This document shows, piece after piece, positions 58,484 to 64,000 of a stretch of DNA of 64,000 bases (the stretch's first letter is position 1; each line of letters opens with the position of its first letter). The notes below the pieces were generated by a model. That model was not told where the DNA came from. It searched no databases and saw only the letters and a list, made by a program, of their open reading frames with translations. This DNA is from an uncultured Pseudomonadales bacterium. GTDB lineage: Bacteria; Patescibacteriota; Microgenomatia; UBA1400; PJMF01. The position numbers were made by a program, and so were the translations under genes. Location of the stretch: positions 162,093 to 226,092 of the forward strand of contig CAZUHV010000003.1 in NCBI GenBank assembly GCA_964620965.1. Direction: 5' to 3'.

Positions 58484-59461
58484 TTGAACTTAGAAAATAG
58501 AATGGTAAAGCGTACAGATAGTGGTTTATTTATTCCTGAGAGTGTTGTTATAAGGCCAACAGTAGGAGGTTTTAGAACTGCTCAAACTCTTGATAGTACG
58601 AGCAAAGTTAAGGAAAGGGACCAGAGGCGTAGAAAGTCCCTGATTCAACTTGAAGCCTTTGTCCAAGACGTTGTTCGCTGGCAAAAAGAACGTCCCCCAT
58701 TATTTGAGACAGATAAAGATGTTGAGATCTTAGTTTTACTCCTTCTTGGTGAAATAAAAGAAGTACTTGAGCATAGAGAACTTGAAGGTTTGTCTGGATA
58801 TGATTTTAAATCTGAAAAAGGTGAAATCATTGATGCCGCATTTTTTCTAGCAGCATTTGCCACAATTTTAAGAGAAAGAAATGAAGAAATTGATTTTAAT
58901 AGTGCGATTATGAACGCTAATGGACAAACCAATGGTTCTCATGCAATCGAGATCTTAAGAGAAGTTGGCGGGAATATTACCGAGAAAACACTTCAAAAAG
59001 ATTTGCAGTTTCTTTGGACACTCTGGGTTTCGTATGTGATTCACATGAAGTATCCAATAAGTCCGAACCAGGTTTTACACGAGTATACTTTTCCTAAAAA
59101 CAACGGCAACTATGTCGAAGAACTATTAAAAACAAACCCTGTTTTTGAAAGAGAATTTAGAAGAAGAATGAACAGGGAAGAAAAAATTGCTTATTTTGCT
59201 CATTACAGAAAAGCAATGCGTTTAATCAGAGATTTTGTTCTTAAATACATTGATCAATCAGTTGAACATACAGGTCTTAGACCAGAACACTACAGACCAT
59301 ATAAGCTTTTTATTTTTAACTTTATGAAATTTAACTCTGTGGGAATTACTGCAGAACAGGCTTTGGTTCAGCTAGAGGAGCAATTATTTAAAGATTTTGC
59401 GGTTCCAAGAGAAGCAGGTACACCAAAGATTTTGAGGGCTAACACAAAAATACCAAATTAG
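58484..59461 (+). CDS. Hypothetical alpha-helical protein (325 aa), possibly a MazG-like NTP pyrophosphatase
   Basis: LLLLGEIKEVLEH...EIIDAAFFLAAFA resembles the EExxE/D pattern of all-alpha NTP-PPases; weak. Confidence 0.3.
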   Translation: MNLENRMVKRTDSGLFIPESVVIRPTVGGFRTAQTLDSTSKVKERDQRRRKSLIQLEAFVQDVVRWQKERPPLFETDKDVEILVLLLLGEIKEVLEHRELEGLSGYDFKSEKGEIIDAAFFLAAFATILRERNEEIDFNSAIMNANGQTNGSHAIEILREVGGNITEKTLQKDLQFLWTLWVSYVIHMKYPISPNQVLHEYTFPKNNGNYVEELLKTNPVFEREFRRRMNREEKIAYFAHYRKAMRLIRDFVLKYIDQSVEHTGLRPEHYRPYKLFIFNFMKFNSVGITAEQALVQLEEQLFKDFAVPREAGTPKILRANTKIPN

Positions 59462-59535
59462 TGTATAAATGGTAGAGAAATTGTTAGTACAATGGATACG
59501 TTGATACAATAGAAGCATAGTAAAGAAGGAATTAT

Positions 59536-60171
59536 ATGGGAACAGATAACGGATATTTAATTACACTTGAAGGTGGAGAAGGTGGTGGAAAGACAACCCA
59601 AATTGTTCGTCTTCGCGACACACTGACAAAAGAGGGCAAAGACGTGGTTGTGCTTCGTGAACCAGGTGGAACAGTAATCTCCGAGCAAATTCGCGAAGTT
59701 GTGCTGTCTGCAAAAAATGTTGGTATCGCCTTCACTACAGAGGTTTTATTGTTCCAAGCAGCTCGGGCACAGATTTATAGAGAGATCGTTCTGCCTTCTA
59801 TGGAAGCGGGCAAAGTTGTTATTATTGATAGATCAAGAGATAGCTCTGTAGTTTATCAAGGAATGGTTCGTGGTTTCGGGAAAGATATGATAGAACAACT
59901 TAATGATGTTTCTACCAAAAATACATATCCAAATATTACACTTTTACTTGATATAGATGTTAAAACTGGATTAAAAAGAAGAGAAGACGCGGGAGCTATG
60001 AACCGCCTTGATATGGAAGCAAATGACTTTCATCAAAAAGTTCGAGATGCTTATTTAGAACTTGCAAAAGAAGATACAACCGGAAGATGGGAAATAATTG
60101 ATGCCTCAAAATCAATTGATGAGGTAGAAAAAGACATCTGGAACGCTGTATCTAAGAAGATGGGGATTTAG
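59536..60171 (+). CDS. tmk: Thymidylate kinase
   Basis: ITLEGGEGGGKTTQ P-loop, REPGGT, DRSRDSS lid region. Confidence 0.85.
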   Translation: MGTDNGYLITLEGGEGGGKTTQIVRLRDTLTKEGKDVVVLREPGGTVISEQIREVVLSAKNVGIAFTTEVLLFQAARAQIYREIVLPSMEAGKVVIIDRSRDSSVVYQGMVRGFGKDMIEQLNDVSTKNTYPNITLLLDIDVKTGLKRREDAGAMNRLDMEANDFHQKVRDAYLELAKEDTTGRWEIIDASKSIDEVEKDIWNAVSKKMGI

Positions 60172-61376
60172 GATTTGTTTCTAAATTTCCGTGATCTTTT
60201 TATTTTAAATTTTTCCTGAATACCAAGAAAAAATTTAGAAATTTTGCTATACAGATAATATCTAGAATGATCAATTCTAAATTCTCTATACAATTGGTCT
60301 ACTCTCATTTTTAGTGAAACTTCGTATGGATTTTCTACTCGAGTTTTTTCAGCACGCATTCTATCCATGATTTGAACAAGTTCTTTTAAGCTTTTATCTG
60401 TTGGAAAGTTGATCTTGGTAGGATCGAGTTTTTCAGGGTCATCATTTGATTCAGAACTATTGACGATTTTTGTGATTTCAAGATATTCATTATCGCTATT
60501 ACGTCCACGTGTTCTAAATATTCTGGAATGATATTTTGCCATTACAACAGCTGCTGACTCAAAAAAGCTCCAACCCAAACAACTATTAATAACATCAATC
60601 CACTGCCTGTACATTTCTGTAGCTTGAGGGTCAATGATAATCATATGTAGTAGGTTGTAGTGTAAGTCTATAATTTCAGATAGAAGATGGCCTTCAAGTG
60701 ACCTTCTTTCTTCAGCAATTTCTTGTATTTTCGCGATTGCATGTAGCCGTACTAACTCGCCGTTCTTGATTTTCTTTTGTTGTTCAAGTAAGTGTTGGTA
60801 CGCATCTATTTCTGCAATAGTTGTGTCCGATGAGAGTAGAGTTGACATAACTTCAACCAAACTATTGATAGCATGGTTGAGTTCTTCCATGCTAACTTCT
60901 AATTCTGATTGTGTATCTGCACCAAGTGTTAGGTTTTCCGCCTCGGTAGCCCTTCTTTTTTTGTGAGAAAACCATTCATCAATTTCTCTAAGAAGCTCAT
61001 ACATTTCAGAAAGTTTAACAATCCTTCCTAATTTTTCCTCATCCTCTTTTGATCTTATACGTCTTCCATAAAAATCAACTTCTTTTGCAGTATCAAAAGC
61101 GTAAATTCCTTTTAGTTTTGCTTCTCTTCTTGGAAAATATCCTGCCCTATATTGATCATTTTCTTTTAGCAACATTTTCCATAGTATGGAAAAGACTAGA
61201 TCCTCACTTTTTCTATCAAGAACTTCTCTGCAGACTGCTTGAGTTTCAAAGGTGCTAAGGTTGTTGATATCAATATTAAATTCAGAGTTATCTATTCTGA
61301 GAATTGAAAGTGGAGCAGGAAGTTTTTTTTCGTTAAAAGAGAATGATGGAGTATTTTTTTCTTGACCTTTTGTCAT
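60168..61376 (-). CDS. Hypothetical protein (402 aa)
   Basis: ORF only; predicted mostly helical. Confidence 0.45.
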   Translation of the reverse strand: MTKGQEKNTPSFSFNEKKLPAPLSILRIDNSEFNIDINNLSTFETQAVCREVLDRKSEDLVFSILWKMLLKENDQYRAGYFPRREAKLKGIYAFDTAKEVDFYGRRIRSKEDEEKLGRIVKLSEMYELLREIDEWFSHKKRRATEAENLTLGADTQSELEVSMEELNHAINSLVEVMSTLLSSDTTIAEIDAYQHLLEQQKKIKNGELVRLHAIAKIQEIAEERRSLEGHLLSEIIDLHYNLLHMIIIDPQATEMYRQWIDVINSCLGWSFFESAAVVMAKYHSRIFRTRGRNSDNEYLEITKIVNSSESNDDPEKLDPTKINFPTDKSLKELVQIMDRMRAEKTRVENPYEVSLKMRVDQLYREFRIDHSRYYLYSKISKFFLGIQEKFKIKRSRKFRNKS

Positions 61377-61510
61377 TAAAATTAAATTATAGGATCTTTT
61401 TAGAGATTTGTCAATAGTACTTGTTTTGCAATAATTTATTGTAGCTTTATTACTTGCGTCTTACTAGAAACATTTGTAGTATGGTGGTCTGAGGTTGAGA
61501 AAGAAATGCC

Positions 61511-62119
61511 ATGAAGTTACCAAGAGCAGTACAAGATTTAATCGAAAAATTTGAAAAGCTACCAGGTGTTGGACCAAAATCTGCTCAGCGCTTGGTTTTT
61601 TACTTGCTACATAACCCAGAACACGAACTTCAGGATTTTGCAAACAAACTTACTGCTTTGAAAAAAAATACAGTACTTTGCGACCTTTGCCACAATGTGA
61701 GCGAATCAAACCCCTGTTCAATTTGCGATGACCCAAACAGAGAGCAACACACGATTTGTGTTGTCGAACAGCCTTTAGACGTGATTGCTTTAGAAAAATC
61801 AAACTCTTTTAAAGGTAGATATCATGTGTTGCATGGAAGTATTGCACCTTTGAATAATATCGGTCCGGATCAACTTTTTTTACATGATTTGGCTGGAAGG
61901 TTAGAGGGTGTTACAGAGCTTATTGTGGCGACAAACCCTACTATGGAAGGTGAAGCAACGGCTTTGTATATAAATGAATATTTAGCGAGTAGCCCAAAAG
62001 TTGATTCCTCAGCAGTTAGCGTTACTAGAATTGGACACGGGTTGCCAATTGGGGCAGATATTGAGTATGCCGATGGTATTACATTAGCTAGAGCACTTGA
62101 GGGCAGACGAAAATTATAG
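61511..62119 (+). CDS. recR: Recombination protein RecR
   Basis: N-terminal HhH (LPGVGPKSAQRL), C4 zinc finger (CDLC...CSIC) and a Toprim domain. Confidence 0.9.
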   Translation: MKLPRAVQDLIEKFEKLPGVGPKSAQRLVFYLLHNPEHELQDFANKLTALKKNTVLCDLCHNVSESNPCSICDDPNREQHTICVVEQPLDVIALEKSNSFKGRYHVLHGSIAPLNNIGPDQLFLHDLAGRLEGVTELIVATNPTMEGEATALYINEYLASSPKVDSSAVSVTRIGHGLPIGADIEYADGITLARALEGRRKL

Positions 62120-62279
62120 CGTAGTGTGCTATACTGAATAATAGATGACACAGTTGCGTCAGATATTTGAACACTTGAGATTCTTATAAAGAGTCCAGGT
62201 GTTTTTTTGTTTGTTACTTTGTCATTCTCATCTCAAGTTACTTGAGAAAAAAGGTTATAAACTTGAAGAAAGGAACCCT

Positions 62280-62603
62280 ATGACCGTAATAGTTGAGTCA
62301 AAAAAAATGAAAGTTACTCAAGCTATTAGAATTTTTGCCGAGAAACAGGCAGAAAAACTCAAAAAATTGGAGAAGGGAGTTTCGCAAGTTCGCATTTATC
62401 TTGAGAGTGTGGCAAAGAAAAAGTCTGACGTGCACTCAAATATTGTTACCTATTGCATTTCAATTCCAGGAAAAGATGTGATTGTTAAAAAACGTGCTGT
62501 TGATATGTACACGGCAATTGTTGATGCTACAGAAGGAGCCGTAAGAAAGCTTCGAAAAGTCAGTGAAAAAAGAATGACTATGAAGCGGCACGCTAGAGCA
62601 TAG
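62280..62603 (+). CDS. hpf: Ribosome hibernation promoting factor / RaiA (YfiA family), short form
   Basis: MTVIVESKKMKVTQAIRIFAEKQAEKLKK...VRIYLE matches the HPF beta-alpha-beta fold signature. GAAAGGAA RBS. Confidence 0.65.
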   Translation: MTVIVESKKMKVTQAIRIFAEKQAEKLKKLEKGVSQVRIYLESVAKKKSDVHSNIVTYCISIPGKDVIVKKRAVDMYTAIVDATEGAVRKLRKVSEKRMTMKRHARA

Positions 62604-62675
62604 TTTTACAGTTATAGTCAATATTTTGTAGTCCTACTTGATTATTTAGGTATATATCTAGTATCTTGTAAGTAT

Positions 62676-63203
62676 ATGGCAGACGATGTGCAACAAAATT
62701 CGGTGCTTAGTGATGATGCTAGCAATTCTAGTGGGGTTCCTGTTTCGGGAACAACAGGAGATGCTGTAGCAAATCCCGCAGGTGGAAGTAGTGGCAAAAC
62801 AGGAGATCCAGCTAGTGGTGCATCTCAGCAAAATCCACTTGATGTTCTAGAAAAACTGCTTGATGAAATAGATTCTGGCAAGGGTTCTGGAGGCAAATCT
62901 AAAGGTGTGGCTGGTGGTGCACAAGCTCCTGCTGGTCCAACTCCAGAAGAAATCGCTGCAAAAGAAGCAGAAGAGGAATTAGAACGACGACGTATTGAGT
63001 ACGAAGAAAAGCAGGCTCAACAGCAGGTCATTGATCAACAAAAAATTGAGGAACAACGACAAGCTTTAGTCGAAGAAATGCAACACGGAACAGCAAATGT
63101 TGCTCGTGAACAGCAGGATAAAGAAAAGGCTGAAAAACAAGAAGAGGCAAAACAAGCAGGAGAAGGTTTTGAAGTTGTTCAGCTTGGTCATACAAAGATT
63201 TAG
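62676..63203 (+). CDS. Low-complexity hypothetical protein (G/S-rich N-terminus, E/Q-rich coiled C-terminus)
   Basis: ORF with compositional bias. Confidence 0.4.
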   Translation: MADDVQQNSVLSDDASNSSGVPVSGTTGDAVANPAGGSSGKTGDPASGASQQNPLDVLEKLLDEIDSGKGSGGKSKGVAGGAQAPAGPTPEEIAAKEAEEELERRRIEYEEKQAQQQVIDQQKIEEQRQALVEEMQHGTANVAREQQDKEKAEKQEEAKQAGEGFEVVQLGHTKI

Positions 63204-63292
63204 ATTTTGAGAAATTACACTTAGTTTGTGTAAGTTTACCAGCAGTTATAGTGTGAAAACGGTAATTGTGTTAGGTAAGAAGAAAGAAGTAC

Positions 63293-63991
63293 ATGCCTGC
63301 ACCAGGTGCCCCAATGGGAGGAATGGGTTTTCCAGGGGGAGAAGTTCCAGAAGAAATGGCTCAAATGATGGGAAATGTTTCTAGTGGTTCTACTGGAAGT
63401 AGTTCTGGTGGGGGTGCTGGAATTGGTGGGGCAGGAAAGCCAAATGCTGCACAGATGGCTGCCGCCCAGCAGGCAATGAGCCAAATGGGCGGAGTACCTG
63501 GTGGTGATGGAGAAAATATGGACGCAGCACAGGCTGCAGCGGCGGCTCAAGCTCAGCAAGCATCACAGAACCCTCCAAGAGAAGTTGGCACAATTGCTGA
63601 CGAAATGAAACGAGGTGTTACTGACTTATTTCAAGGAATCAAAGAATTTTTTAAGTTAAATACTTGGCTTGGTTTAAATGCAGAAAAAATGGATCCTCAA
63701 CAACAGGCTCATGCAAAACAACTGCATTCTCGTTATCAGCAGCTGGATCAAGAGCAACAAATGGTTGCGAAGCGTATGTATGAAGAGCGAATGCAGAAAA
63801 AGAAAATTGAGGAAGAAGAAGCTGCTCGTAAAAAACAAATGGAAGCAGAACAACAGGCACAGAGTTTTGAAATGCCAAGTGGTCCGCAAAAAGGTCCGGT
63901 TGGGCCTGGCTCTGGAAAGTCTAAAAAACAAAATACAATGACAAAGCTTAAGCAAGATAGAACGACACTTAATAATGTACAAGGGGAATAA
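63293..63991 (+). CDS. Low-complexity hypothetical protein (G/M/A-rich N-terminus, Q/E/K-rich coiled C-terminus)
   Basis: ORF with an AAGAAAGAAG RBS and compositional bias similar to the preceding gene. Confidence 0.4.
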   Translation: MPAPGAPMGGMGFPGGEVPEEMAQMMGNVSSGSTGSSSGGGAGIGGAGKPNAAQMAAAQQAMSQMGGVPGGDGENMDAAQAAAAAQAQQASQNPPREVGTIADEMKRGVTDLFQGIKEFFKLNTWLGLNAEKMDPQQQAHAKQLHSRYQQLDQEQQMVAKRMYEERMQKKKIEEEEAARKKQMEAEQQAQSFEMPSGPQKGPVGPGSGKSKKQNTMTKLKQDRTTLNNVQGE

Positions 63992-64000
63992 AACTGTTAC

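Noticed and set aside
1-64000. CRISPR arrays, rRNA genes, and transposase/integrase genes
   Set aside because: None found. There are no regularly spaced direct repeats, no 16S/23S signature sequences, and no DDE-transposase or tyrosine/serine-recombinase motifs. The only mobile-element hint is the excisionase-family HTH protein.

Overview
The window is a gene-dense, AT-rich (about 36-38% GC) bacterial chromosome segment whose small proteins, divergent paralogs and N-terminally extended ribosomal and transcription factors suggest a Candidate Phyla Radiation (Patescibacteria) organism; this assignment is tentative. Almost all genes are housekeeping. Translation and transcription genes: argS, thrS, fmt, def, secE-nusG-rplK-rplA, rplJ-rplL, rpmG, rpmB and a ribosome hibernation factor (HPF); the RNA genes are tRNA-Arg(CCT), a tRNA-Thr(GGT)-Tyr(GTA)-Thr(TGT) cluster and tRNA-Trp(CCA). 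Cell-envelope genes: murD, two MreB paralogs, mreC, mreD, a class B PBP2, a WecG/TagA glycosyltransferase, a UgtP/MGDG-synthase-like GT28 enzyme, galU, and an O-antigen-ligase-like protein with TPR repeats. DNA metabolism genes: dprA-topA-nadD and recR. There is a dense thymidylate-metabolism neighbourhood at 53.8-60.2 kb: thyA, a HIT protein, an extended dCMP deaminase, an RfaE-like nucleotidyltransferase, a DHFR-like reductase, dut and tmk. No rRNA, CRISPR array, transposase or integrase was found. The less ordinary observations are: (1) a PP-loop-like ATPase translationally coupled to murD, which may be a MurD2/MurL-type or novel peptidoglycan-precursor route; (2) an 850-bp low-coding region upstream of thrS holding switch-like hairpins, two Shine-Dalgarno-equipped micro-ORFs and a terminator/antiterminator leader; (3) a surface protein with three tandem six-cysteine modules encoded at the head of the secE-nusG-rplKA operon; (4) a tRNA-Trp mini-island flanked by a LAGLIDADG-like HTH protein and a candidate HEPN (Rx4H) protein; and (5) an orphan block with an excisionase-family HTH protein and a Tat-signal-like protein. 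All calls come from reading the sequence and ORF translations by eye; no database search was run.
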